From an uncultured Alistipes sp. (lineage in GTDB: Bacteria > Bacteroidota > Bacteroidia > Bacteroidales > Rikenellaceae): a stretch of 64,000 bases of DNA. The notes beneath the pieces were generated by a model that did no database searches, had not been told where the DNA came from, and saw nothing but the letters and a program-made list of their open reading frames with translations. The position numbers and the translations under genes are program-made. Location of the stretch: contig CALVFO010000018.1 in assembly GCA_944326855.1 (NCBI GenBank), positions 26,766-90,765 of the forward strand, given 5' to 3'. Below are positions 35,011-44,637 of this stretch, in pieces. The first letter of the stretch is position 1. Every line of letters starts with the position of its first letter.

Positions 35011-35589
35011 GGATCTTGTGTATAGCAGACCAAAGGTACGTCTTCTATACACAAATATATTCTTTTTTTACAATATCTACATGTTTTGAAGAAAAAAAAG
35101 AAGTTTTTGAATGATTATAATTTCACAAGAACCGAATAATCTTGTAAAAATAATGCAATTATATATCTATTATGCTATGAATTTTGTGCGATAAGATCAG
35201 TAATTATAATTTTCATTTTTTCATATGAAATACAATTAAAAATTGTATTTATAGGGGTAATCAGTTTTGAGGAAAAAATGTACGTATAGTCTGATTATGC
35301 ATTCAAGAGAAATGGACTTTCGTCCATGGTGTGAGTTGGGCAAGCATAAATAACTATTAACCCCTTTTACTAACTACAACCTAACTGACATTTATGTATA
35401 CTCCTATTCTTTCCCTAAGCCAACCCGCATCCCTTCTACATTTTCCCATTAACATCTCTCCGTACTTTGCTCGTAAACCTGTGAGCAAAGTGTGTGTGTG
35501 ATGTGATATGAACGACCCTGACGGTACGTTCGCCATTTCTGTAGAATACCCCAACCCTTTATAATTATTAACCATTAACCCATTTACTT
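35011..35589 (+). promoter_or_regulatory. Unusually long, strongly AT-rich non-coding region upstream of susC-like gene (promoter/leader; no canonical TAnnTTTG box found)
   Basis: No credible ORF. Elements seen are GTTTTGA(A/G)GAAAAAA at 35083-35097 and 35264-35278, the inverted repeat aaatacaatt-aaa-aattgtattt at 35228-35250, a 9-bp hairpin at 35464-35472/35483-35491, and a short (GT)5 run at 35490-35500. Confidence 0.5.
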
Positions 35590-38500
35590 ATGAATGTATT
35601 GTTACGCTCAATGCTGGCATGCCTGATGGTTATGCTAAGTGTAATGACAGTTCAGGCACAGGAACGGACTTATTCCGGTACCGTGACCTCTGCCGACGAC
35701 GGACAGCCCATTATCGGGGCCAACGTCATGGTAGCAGGAACTACAACGGGTACTTCCACCGGAGTAGACGGTAAATACACCATCAAAGCTCGTTCGGGCA
35801 GCCAACTGGTTTTCTCTTTCCTGGGAATGCGATCCCAGACTATCACCGTTGGAAATACAACGACGATCAATGTATCGCTGCAAAGTGATGCCACCTCTTT
35901 GGAAGATGTCGTTGTCGTAGCCTTCGGTACGGCCAAGAAAAAAGACTTGACCGGGTCCATCAGTACGATTGACTCCAAAATCATCCAACAACAACAGGTA
36001 TCCTCCATTTCCAAAGCGTTGGAAGGGGCTGTTGCCGGGGTGGAAATCGCCAGTATCTGGGGACAGCCCGGGGCCGATGCCACGATCCAAATCCGTGGGA
36101 TGGGTTCTATCAGTTCCGGATCAAGCGCATTGGTTGTTGTAGACGGTGTACCTTCACCGTTTCCTCTGTCTTCTCTCAACCCGAACGATATCGAATCGAT
36201 CACCATCTCCAAAGATGCCGCTTCGAACTCGTTGTATGGTTCTCGCGGGGCTAATGGGGTAGTGCTCGTGACCACCAAAAAAGGGAAACAAGGAAAAACT
36301 CAAGTATCGTTCGAAGGTCGTTGGGGGATCAACCAACAAGGGACTCCTTCGTTCGACATGATCAAGGATCCGGGTGAATTCTATGAATATGCTTGGCGTT
36401 CGATTTACAACCGGGCTCGCTACTATGGGGTAGAAGACGTAGCCAACCCGAACATGACGCACGAAGAAGCCGCCCTGTTTGCCAGCAAGTATCTGTTCAC
36501 GGCTCGTACGGACGGTACTTATGAAAACCCGTACAATGACTTGGGGAACTATTGCAACTACCGGGTACCCGATGGCGAATACCTGATCGATCCCAACACC
36601 GGAAAACTGAATCCCAATGCTGAACGCCTCTATGTCGATAATTGGGACGACTATTTCAGCAAAAACCGCTTCCGTCAGGAATACAATGTCAACATCAGTG
36701 GAGCTAGTGAAAAGACCGATTATTACATGTCGATGGGTTATCTGCAGGATCCGTCCTACATCGCAGGTTCCGACTTCCGTCGTTACTCGGCTCGTTTCAC
36801 CATGAACACCCAGATCAACAAATGGTTGCGCGGAGGTTTCAACATGTCTTACGCTCGTCGCGACACCAAATTCCAAAACAACAACAACACCAGCCCGGGT
36901 ACGGTAAACACCAACGTATTTGCCTTCAAAGACCTGTTCACTCCGGTTTATACGCTGCATGCCTGGGACCTGGACGGGAACATCAAACGCGATGCCAACG
37001 GTGATATTATCTGGGACTTGGGGACCGGTCAAACCGATTCACCGTACGGAACCACTCGTCGTTCGGCTTTCACCGGTTACAGCCCGGCCGTTTACATCCT
37101 GAAAGACCGTAAACAGAACCTGACCGACGACCTCTCCGGCCGCGCCTATTTGGAAGCAACTTTCCTCAAAGACTTCAAATTCACGGCCAATATCTCCATG
37201 GATAACATGTATGACCGCTACTTGCGCTATGGGAACAACGAAAGCGGTATCGCCGCTCGTGATAACGAAGGGACGCTCTCCAAAACCCATACGACCAATA
37301 CGACCATCAACTCTCAACAGTTACTCACCTGGAATCATGATTTCGGGAAACACCATGTAGACGCGTTGTTGGGGCATGAATATTATTGGAATGCTTCGGA
37401 TGCCGTAGGCGGCAGCTGGGACCACATGCTGGTCAATGACATGCCTCACTCGAGCAACACGGTACGGTATACCGGCGCTTCTTCGAGCGAAGCTCGCGCA
37501 GCCATCGAAGGTTACTTCTTCCGCGGCAACTACAACTATGCGAATAAATACTACTTCTCGGCCAGCGTACGTGCCGACGGTACCACCAAGTTCTCTGAAA
37601 ACAAATGGGGTGTATTCTGGTCGGTCGGCGGTTCTTGGCGCATCAACCAAGAAGACTGGATGCAGAATGCCTCTTGGGTCAATGACCTGAAACTGCGTGT
37701 CAGCTACGGTACTCAGGGGAACCAGGGGATCGGCGGTTATCCTTCACTCACGCTCTGGACCATGGGCAATGCCGGGACCGTTCTCGATCCGGTTATGTCA
37801 CTCTCTCAAGGCGCCCCCGGTAACCCCGACCTGACTTGGGAAACCAGTAACCAAATCGACGCGGGTATCGACTTCCGCTTCTGGGATCGTTTCTACGGTA
37901 GCATCGACTACTACCATCGTAAAACGGTCGATATGATCTGGGCTCGCCCGATGCCCGTTTCCACCGGGTTGTCCAGCCGTACGGAAAACATCGCTTCGAT
38001 GCTCAACGAAGGGGTTGAAATCGAATTGGGCGTAGATATCATCCGTACTCCCAACGTATTGTGGAGCTTCTCCGTCAACGGCGCCCACAACACGAACCAA
38101 CTGCTGTCGATTCCCCCGGGCGTCGGTTCCGACCTCTATGACGGTGACTATGTCAGCGGCAACTACATCCGTGGTGTCGGCAAAGACTACTACACGTTCT
38201 ACCTCTGCAAATATGCCGGTGTAGATCAGAAAACCGGTTTGGCCATGTTGTATCGCGAACTGAGCGCCGAAGACGTTCAGCCGGGTGCCAAATGGGAAGG
38301 TCACCAGGAAGGCGAATTGGTTACCACCACCGTCGGTGCCGAAGCCTCTCGTTTCGAAATGGGCACGGCCACTCCGGATTTCAAAGGCGGTTTTTCGACC
38401 TACTTCCGTTGGAAAAACCTCGACCTGAGCATTCTGGCCAGCTACCAAATCGGCGGCAACTTCCTCTCGCTGACCTACAATAACCTGGTAGGTATGAACC

Positions 38501-38871
38501 TCGGCCGTGGGACCCACAAATCCATGTGGAATGCCTGGAGTCCTGAAAACCGGGATTCCTACATCCCGATGCGTATGCTGGGTGGTACCAACTATGGTAC
38601 CTCAGCCAACGGATACACCGACTTTATCCTCTTCGATGCCTCCTACTTCAACCTGAAAAACATCACCCTCGGGTACAACTTCCCCGAAAAACTGATGCAG
38701 CGCTGGGGCATGGGCGGTATCCGCGTATACGCCGCTTTCGACAACGTATGGTTGGCTACGGCGATCAAAGGTCTTGACCCGCGTACTACTTTCGACGGCG
38801 GTTCTTCGGACGGCGCATTCGGTTATCCGCAGCAACGAAGCATGTCACTCGGTCTCAACATCACTTTCTAA
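35590..38871 (+). CDS. SusC/RagA family TonB-dependent outer-membrane transporter
   Basis: ORF 35590..38871, 1093 aa. It has a signal peptide, a CarboxypepD_reg-like domain (YSGTVTSADDGQPIIGANVMVAG...), a plug (LVVVDGVP...ITISKDAASNSLYGSRGANGVVLVTTKKG) and a C-terminal barrel ending in ...LGLNITF. There is no STN/anti-sigma signalling extension. Confidence 0.95.
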   Translation: MNVLLRSMLACLMVMLSVMTVQAQERTYSGTVTSADDGQPIIGANVMVAGTTTGTSTGVDGKYTIKARSGSQLVFSFLGMRSQTITVGNTTTINVSLQSDATSLEDVVVVAFGTAKKKDLTGSISTIDSKIIQQQQVSSISKALEGAVAGVEIASIWGQPGADATIQIRGMGSISSGSSALVVVDGVPSPFPLSSLNPNDIESITISKDAASNSLYGSRGANGVVLVTTKKGKQGKTQVSFEGRWGINQQGTPSFDMIKDPGEFYEYAWRSIYNRARYYGVEDVANPNMTHEEAALFASKYLFTARTDGTYENPYNDLGNYCNYRVPDGEYLIDPNTGKLNPNAERLYVDNWDDYFSKNRFRQEYNVNISGASEKTDYYMSMGYLQDPSYIAGSDFRRYSARFTMNTQINKWLRGGFNMSYARRDTKFQNNNNTSPGTVNTNVFAFKDLFTPVYTLHAWDLDGNIKRDANGDIIWDLGTGQTDSPYGTTRRSAFTGYSPAVYILKDRKQNLTDDLSGRAYLEATFLKDFKFTANISMDNMYDRYLRYGNNESGIAARDNEGTLSKTHTTNTTINSQQLLTWNHDFGKHHVDALLGHEYYWNASDAVGGSWDHMLVNDMPHSSNTVRYTGASSSEARAAIEGYFFRGNYNYANKYYFSASVRADGTTKFSENKWGVFWSVGGSWRINQEDWMQNASWVNDLKLRVSYGTQGNQGIGGYPSLTLWTMGNAGTVLDPVMSLSQGAPGNPDLTWETSNQIDAGIDFRFWDRFYGSIDYYHRKTVDMIWARPMPVSTGLSSRTENIASMLNEGVEIELGVDIIRTPNVLWSFSVNGAHNTNQLLSIPPGVGSDLYDGDYVSGNYIRGVGKDYYTFYLCKYAGVDQKTGLAMLYRELSAEDVQPGAKWEGHQEGELVTTTVGAEASRFEMGTATPDFKGGFSTYFRWKNLDLSILASYQIGGNFLSLTYNNLVGMNLGRGTHKSMWNAWSPENRDSYIPMRMLGGTNYGTSANGYTDFILFDASYFNLKNITLGYNFPEKLMQRWGMGGIRVYAAFDNVWLATAIKGLDPRTTFDGGSSDGAFGYPQQRSMSLGLNITF

Positions 38872-38883
38872 ACCTACGCAACT

Positions 38884-40413
38884 ATGAAAAAATATATTGC
38901 AATATTATCCCTGGCCGGTCTGCTCGGTTTGACCTCGTGCAACGACAAGCTGTATAGCGATCCTGTCAACAACCTGACCCAGGACCAAATTTTGGAAGTT
39001 ATCAAACGCGATCCGACCAAAGTGTTGGGTCCCATGGTGACCGGTGTGGAAGCTTTCCCGGGTGCAGCCGGTACCTCGGTTGTGACCTATTTCAACATCC
39101 ACGTATTCAACCTGGTCATGGACCTGCGCGGTAACGATATGGTCCAAAGCCAGGCTGCCGGTAGTTGGTACTTGAACGAATACCGTATGTCCGACTTCGG
39201 TTTCCGCAACGAAACCGCTGAAGGAAACGGTTATTACTGGGCTCAATTCTATGCCCACGTATACAAAGCCAACCAGCTGCTCGACCTGATTCCCGACTTC
39301 GAGGAAGTCAATGATCCGGAAGTTATCAAGTTGCTCAAACAATACAAAGCATCCGCTTTGACGCTGCGTGCCTATGCTTACACGTACCTGATGTGGATCT
39401 ATCAGGACGACTATCTGCACGGCGGCAAAGATAAACCCGGTGTACCTCTCTATCTGGATGCAGGAGGTGAAGCACAAGGACGTGCACCTTCTCAGGATGT
39501 ATGGAATTGTATCATCAGCGATGCTCAAGAAGCTGTCAACTTATTCAACGAAACCGGTGTCGATCCCAAGGCTGCTGCCAATGACTTCGATGCTACGGTA
39601 GCCAATGTCGTGCTGGCTCGTGCAGCCATCACCGTAGGCGATTGGGAAACGGCTATCAATGCCGCCAAAGCCGTTATCGATGTATATCCGACCCTGATGG
39701 ACGAAACCGAATACACCACCAAAGGTTTTGCCGACCTGACCCTCAACGAAGTCATTCTGGGTTACGACTACACCCAGGGTAAACAGGCCTCTACTTCGTC
39801 GTTCCACGGTTGGATGAACATCACCAACACCGGTGGTTACGGTGGTTCTCAGGGTGGTTGGTTCTCCATCGACCAGCGTCTGTACGATCAGATTTCGAAC
39901 ACCGACTATCGTAAGAAAAACTTCCTGGCTGAACCGCAGGAATGGACTTACACCGGTTTCGAACCGATGACGCACCCCAAATACAGCAACTACAAATTCT
40001 CGGCTCCTGCCAAGACCGAAACGACGCCCGATTATCAGCAAGACGTGATTTACATGCGCGTTTCGGAAATGATTCTGCTCAAAGCCGAAGCCGAAGCTCG
40101 TAGCGGCAACGATCAGGCTGCACAGCAAACGCTGTACACGCTGGCACACGCTCGTGACCCGCAGTACACGCTGTCGACCAAAACAGGTGATGAATTGCTC
40201 AAGGAAATCCAACTGCAGACCCGTATCGAATTGTGGGGTGAAGGTTTCGAATATTACAACAACAAACGCTGGAATATCGGTGTAGATCGTAGCGGTTCTG
40301 CCAACCATACCTTCTTCCCGGTATTGGAACCCGGCAAGTTGTTCACCTATCAGATTCCGTTGAACAACGAGATCAACTACAACCCCCTGATTACCGAACA
40401 GAACCCGTTGTAA
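38884..40413 (+). CDS. SusD/RagB family nutrient-binding outer-membrane lipoprotein
   Basis: ORF 38884..40413, 509 aa. It has the lipobox LTSC and lies immediately downstream of the susC-like gene (12-nt gap). YMRVSEMILLKAEAEAR and ELWGEGFEYYNNKRW are typical SusD motifs. Confidence 0.93.
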   Translation: MKKYIAILSLAGLLGLTSCNDKLYSDPVNNLTQDQILEVIKRDPTKVLGPMVTGVEAFPGAAGTSVVTYFNIHVFNLVMDLRGNDMVQSQAAGSWYLNEYRMSDFGFRNETAEGNGYYWAQFYAHVYKANQLLDLIPDFEEVNDPEVIKLLKQYKASALTLRAYAYTYLMWIYQDDYLHGGKDKPGVPLYLDAGGEAQGRAPSQDVWNCIISDAQEAVNLFNETGVDPKAAANDFDATVANVVLARAAITVGDWETAINAAKAVIDVYPTLMDETEYTTKGFADLTLNEVILGYDYTQGKQASTSSFHGWMNITNTGGYGGSQGGWFSIDQRLYDQISNTDYRKKNFLAEPQEWTYTGFEPMTHPKYSNYKFSAPAKTETTPDYQQDVIYMRVSEMILLKAEAEARSGNDQAAQQTLYTLAHARDPQYTLSTKTGDELLKEIQLQTRIELWGEGFEYYNNKRWNIGVDRSGSANHTFFPVLEPGKLFTYQIPLNNEINYNPLITEQNPL

Positions 40414-40453
40414 GCCACTCCTACCTAACTTCTATTTCATAATTAACTGTGGG

Positions 40454-40494
40454 GCTCCCGGAATGAAACGTCTTCCATTCCGGGAGCTTTTTTT
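40454..40494 (+). terminator. Rho-independent terminator after the susD-like gene
   Basis: 12-bp perfect stem gctcccggaatg / cattccgggagc followed by T7. Confidence 0.85.
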
Positions 40495-40644
40495 GTCCAT
40501 CGTTGTTACGCTTTACCGCCTCCTGACAGGCAGAGTATCGACAAAAATGACGAATACTCGACACAAGGGCGCATCAAAACAGAGGAATAGAAAAGGGTAG
40601 GGAAATGTTCTCTTTATAAAATCGGACAACCGCATTAACCCCTA

Positions 40645-40684
40645 AAAAAGGAAAGATTCCCCTACCTGGGAATCTTTCCTTTTT
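40645..40684 (-). terminator. Rho-independent terminator of the SGNH esterase gene (potentially bidirectional)
   Basis: 17-bp stem aaaaaggaaagattccc / gggaatctttccttttt with loop ctacct, about 70 nt downstream of the stop at 40754. Confidence 0.8.
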
Positions 40685-40753
40685 CCATATCGAAGAAAAC
40701 GTTTTAAATCGACCTATTTCGTCCAACTACATCGAAATCCCAAATCTCGATTT

Positions 40754-42523
40754 TCAATTTACTCCAGAAGCGATTTCCGGGGCAATGCGATCGTATCCCT
40801 TTTCGGTCAGGTGCAATCCGTCCAAAAACAACGATTCATCGATACGATGATCTGCATTGAGTAACCGGACACCGGGATTTCGGAAGGTCAAACCCATTGG
40901 CTGAATCGCTTCAGCAAGGGATTCGTTGAGTCGGGCCACCCGCTCTTCCATATGACGACGAGGCAATAAACCGATCACTTCCACCTGTGCTCGAGGCTGT
41001 CGATACCTGACTTCATTCACCAACCAGACAATACCTTGTACAATCTCCTGATCCGTATTGATTTCCAGATTATTCGTTCCAATCATAATGACAATTCGTT
41101 TTGCCTCATAACCGTCCAGTTCTCCGTGATATACCCTCCACAAAACATTTTCGATCCGATCATGTCCATATCCCATATTGCGAAACTCGGCCGGAGCCAT
41201 GATCCGTTGCCAGTTCGTCCCGCCATGACTTTGGAAACGGCCGCCCTCTCCATCCCAAAAATGGACGATCGAATTTCCCAAAATCACATTGACCGGGGCA
41301 TCGACCCGATTTTGTGCCAGGATCGCTTCGTGACGGTCCGTAGCTTCATAATAAGGAGCATCGCGTCTTTGTCGCAACGGGCGAGTAGTCGATACCTCTC
41401 CGACGGGTTCATGGAAAATATCCCGGATTTTCGCTTCGCAGGCCTCGGCCTGACGGACCATGCCATAATCCGTCGGATGAATACCGTCCACCAGCGCATC
41501 GTCCGGCAAAGCGATTTCTTCGCAGGACAAATAATAGAGTTGTTCCACGCCCTCCGCACACAAACGATCATAACAGGCCCTCAACAGGGCATTTTTATGA
41601 CGAGCCGCACTATCGCCTCCGTCCAATTCGGCTTCGGCATGTTCAATGAGCAGAATAGGGGCCTTGTAATGGCGTCTCAATAAATCAATGCCTTGCCGGA
41701 AACGGGCCGTCACCAAGGAATCCGGTTTGTCCGCCAAATTAGGCAGACAATCCAGCAGGTACAACCGAGCAGGTATGGTTCCCAATTCCGCCAGAACCGC
41801 CGAATCCAAAACGCCGCTCCCTGAAAAACCGAAATTCAATAACGGCACATCCAGTCGGCGGGCCAGAATCGTCGACCAGGCCATCCCCGGGCGAGAAGCG
41901 CAGGCGCCCTGTAAAATGGAGGTTCCATACGCAACGATCGGGAGTTCGGAACGAAGCGGCAAAAAGGTAAAGTCAGCGGTAGAATCCACCCCGATTTCCA
42001 AATGGGAAACCCCGTTATACAAGGGTAAATAGAGTTGGAATTCATACCCGGCCTCCGCAAAACGGTCATCTGCTTTCGGACGGAATTCGCAATAGATCGT
42101 ATCGGCATTCGACCAGTCGATACGTCGCGGCACATATTCTTCCCGGCCATGACGGTCGACGGCATAAAGATCCAGGCCCGAGACTCCCGTAGCCGGCATA
42201 TGACTCATCGACCGTTCATCGTTTTTCGTCAACCGATAACGTACCCGAATCGGGGAAGCATTGCTTCGGAAATGGATGGAAAGTCCGGCCGACTGACAGG
42301 ACAATTTCCAAACTCCCAGATTCACCTGCTGACGCAGACGCTCCGGAAAGCGATTATAGGTACCGGCCAGCTCCTGCGGCCAAGCCTGTCCCTGTACAAC
42401 CGGAAATCCTGCCTGCTGAGGATCGAACCAACGTAGATTTTCCGAAGATGTGGCCTGTACGGGATTCAGGGCCATACATCCCAGAATACAACTCCATAAA
42501 ATAACCCCAAGGTGTTTCATCAT
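40754..42523 (-). CDS. Secreted tandem SGNH/GDSL hydrolase (N-terminal GxDLY beta-sandwich plus SGNH domain, then a second GDSL-like esterase domain)
   Basis: ORF 40754..42559. The likely start is M13/M14 (MMKHLGVILWSCILGCMA signal peptide). Motifs seen are GLDLY, VAYGTSILQGACAS (Ser nucleophile block), then VILGNSIVHFW, IMIGTNN and DGLHLTEKGY (the DxxH block) of a second SGNH unit. Confidence 0.8.
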   Translation of the reverse strand: MMKHLGVILWSCILGCMALNPVQATSSENLRWFDPQQAGFPVVQGQAWPQELAGTYNRFPERLRQQVNLGVWKLSCQSAGLSIHFRSNASPIRVRYRLTKNDERSMSHMPATGVSGLDLYAVDRHGREEYVPRRIDWSNADTIYCEFRPKADDRFAEAGYEFQLYLPLYNGVSHLEIGVDSTADFTFLPLRSELPIVAYGTSILQGACASRPGMAWSTILARRLDVPLLNFGFSGSGVLDSAVLAELGTIPARLYLLDCLPNLADKPDSLVTARFRQGIDLLRRHYKAPILLIEHAEAELDGGDSAARHKNALLRACYDRLCAEGVEQLYYLSCEEIALPDDALVDGIHPTDYGMVRQAEACEAKIRDIFHEPVGEVSTTRPLRQRRDAPYYEATDRHEAILAQNRVDAPVNVILGNSIVHFWDGEGGRFQSHGGTNWQRIMAPAEFRNMGYGHDRIENVLWRVYHGELDGYEAKRIVIMIGTNNLEINTDQEIVQGIVWLVNEVRYRQPRAQVEVIGLLPRRHMEERVARLNESLAEAIQPMGLTFRNPGVRLLNADHRIDESLFLDGLHLTEKGYDRIAPEIASGVN

Positions 42524-42844
42524 AATGCTACATCGTTTAATGGACACGGTATCTCTCACCGGAGCGGATTACCCTGGGGTCGCTCTTATTCAGGCGGTTG
42601 CCCGGCTTTCACTCCCAGAAAAGCAAGCCCTTTCGGTAATGATCCGTATAAAAATACAAAAATCACGCTTCCCATCTTCCTGACAAAGCCCAAAAATCAC
42701 CTGCCGATCCTCTTAATCGGATTTTACAACGTGCTTCGACCCCAAAACAGGCTCTGATGCCATGGGCACCCCTCATTTTGCGCCCCAGATCTTCCCGATC
42801 GGTCCCCTGGACCTGCAGAGCGTCCGGAATCCAGGCATCAACTC

Positions 42845-44632
42845 CTAACAAGCGGAGAATGGCTCCGGTCCGAACTGTTCACAATAGAGCGCATAATATC
42901 GGCCCCGCCGTGCGAGCAAATCGGCATGCGTACCCTCTTCCACGATCCGTCCTTCGTCCAGGACCAAAATCCAATCCGCATTCCGTACGGTCGACAACCG
43001 ATGCGCGATAATCAAACAGGTGCGTCCCCTCATCAAGCGGTCCAGCCCCTGTTGAATCAAAATTTCGCTACGGGTATCGATGCTGCTGGTGGCCTCATCC
43101 AGCAACAAAATCGACGGATCGGCTACGGCCGCCCGGGCGATATTGAGCAACTGACGTTGTCCCTGACTCAAATTAGCCCCATCGTTTTCCAACAAGGTGT
43201 CATATCCCTGAGGCAGGCGTCGGATAAAAGAATGGGCCGAGGTCAATCGAGCCGCCTGTTCCACCTGTTCATCGGTCGCCTCGAGACGTCCGAAGCGAAT
43301 GTTTTCGCGTACGGTACCCGTAAACAGATGCGTATCCTGCAGGACAATGGCCATCGACCCCCGCAAGCTGTCGCGACGAATGCGTTCGACCGGATAACCG
43401 TCCACGGTAATTTCACCCTCGTCGATCGGGAAAAATCGGGGCAATAAATTCAAAATGGTCGTCTTACCGGCTCCGGTCGCTCCCACCAAAGCCACTTTCT
43501 GACCCGGTTTGACCTGAAACGAAATTCCTTTCAGCACCGGTTTCCCGGGGCGGTAGGCAAACCGGACATCCCGAAAGCATACCTCTCCCCGCACATTTTG
43601 CCATTCGATGACATCGGAACGATCCGGAGTTTCGACAGGCTGATCGATCACCTGAAAAATACGTTCTGCCCCGGCCACCGCAGCCTGAACGTTATTATAG
43701 AGCACCGAAAGGGTATTGATCGGACGTCCGAACTGACGCGAATATTGCAGAAAAGCGGCCAACCCTCCGACATCCAAGCCGCGGCAGATAGCCAACCAGC
43801 CGCCCACAAGCGTAACGATCACATAATTGAACGTATTGAGATTCTGCATGGCCGGCATCATCATACCGGCATAGCATTGGGCATGCTTCGATCGGGTATA
43901 CAAATCCCGATTCAAACGATCGAAATCTTCGATCGCCCGACATTCATGACCGAACAGTTTGACGACACGTTGAGCACTGATCATCTCCTCGATGTAGCCA
44001 TTGAGGTTGCCCAAAGCCGCCTGTTGCGCGGCAAAATGACGCCGACTCCGACGAACGATTGCCCGCGCGAATCCAATCATCAACGGTACCGTCACCAGGC
44101 TCACTACGGTCAATAACGGACTGATGTAAAACATCATGCCCAACACCCCGACCAGCATCAACAGGCTGGACAACATTTCCGAAAGGCTGTCGGTCAAGGC
44201 TTCGCTCACCCGGTCGATATCGTTCGTATAACGGCTCATCACATCCCCAGGCTGATGCGTATCGAAATAGGATACGGGCAAGCGTTCCATGTGCTCGAAA
44301 AGTTCTTCCCGCAAGCGGGCGACCGTTCGCTGTCCGACCGTATTCAACAACCGATATTGAAGGTACAGCGCCGATACTCCGATCAGATAGACAATTCCCA
44401 ACTGACCCAATGCCAGCCCCAGTCCGGAAAAATCACCCGGCAGGATATAATCGTTGATGATCGGACGCAACAGGTAGGATCCGAGCAAATTGCATGCGAT
44501 ATTCAGCAGAATCAATCCACCGATCGCCCCCAGCAAAAGACGCTGCCGGCTCACATAGACAATCAACCTGCGTAACGTTTCAAGCCCGCGTTCGGGCTTA
44601 TCGTTATACCGGTATGAGGAGTGATGAGGCAT
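42845..44632 (-). CDS. ABC transporter permease/ATP-binding fusion (type I exporter half-transporter, MdlB-like)
   Basis: ORF 42845..44632, 595 aa. It has 6 TM helices plus an NBD with Walker A GATGAGKTTI, signature LSQGQRQL and Walker B ILLLDEATS. Confidence 0.92.
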   Translation of the reverse strand: MPHHSSYRYNDKPERGLETLRRLIVYVSRQRLLLGAIGGLILLNIACNLLGSYLLRPIINDYILPGDFSGLGLALGQLGIVYLIGVSALYLQYRLLNTVGQRTVARLREELFEHMERLPVSYFDTHQPGDVMSRYTNDIDRVSEALTDSLSEMLSSLLMLVGVLGMMFYISPLLTVVSLVTVPLMIGFARAIVRRSRRHFAAQQAALGNLNGYIEEMISAQRVVKLFGHECRAIEDFDRLNRDLYTRSKHAQCYAGMMMPAMQNLNTFNYVIVTLVGGWLAICRGLDVGGLAAFLQYSRQFGRPINTLSVLYNNVQAAVAGAERIFQVIDQPVETPDRSDVIEWQNVRGEVCFRDVRFAYRPGKPVLKGISFQVKPGQKVALVGATGAGKTTILNLLPRFFPIDEGEITVDGYPVERIRRDSLRGSMAIVLQDTHLFTGTVRENIRFGRLEATDEQVEQAARLTSAHSFIRRLPQGYDTLLENDGANLSQGQRQLLNIARAAVADPSILLLDEATSSIDTRSEILIQQGLDRLMRGRTCLIIAHRLSTVRNADWILVLDEGRIVEEGTHADLLARRGRYYALYCEQFGPEPFSAC

Positions 44633-44637
44633 GGAAT

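Noticed and set aside
35381-35575. 64-aa minus-strand ORF inside the AT-rich region upstream of susC
   Set aside because: It has no signal, TM or domain features, it overlaps the predicted leader hairpin and the (GT)5 run, and it is oriented away from any promoter-like element. I treat it as non-coding.
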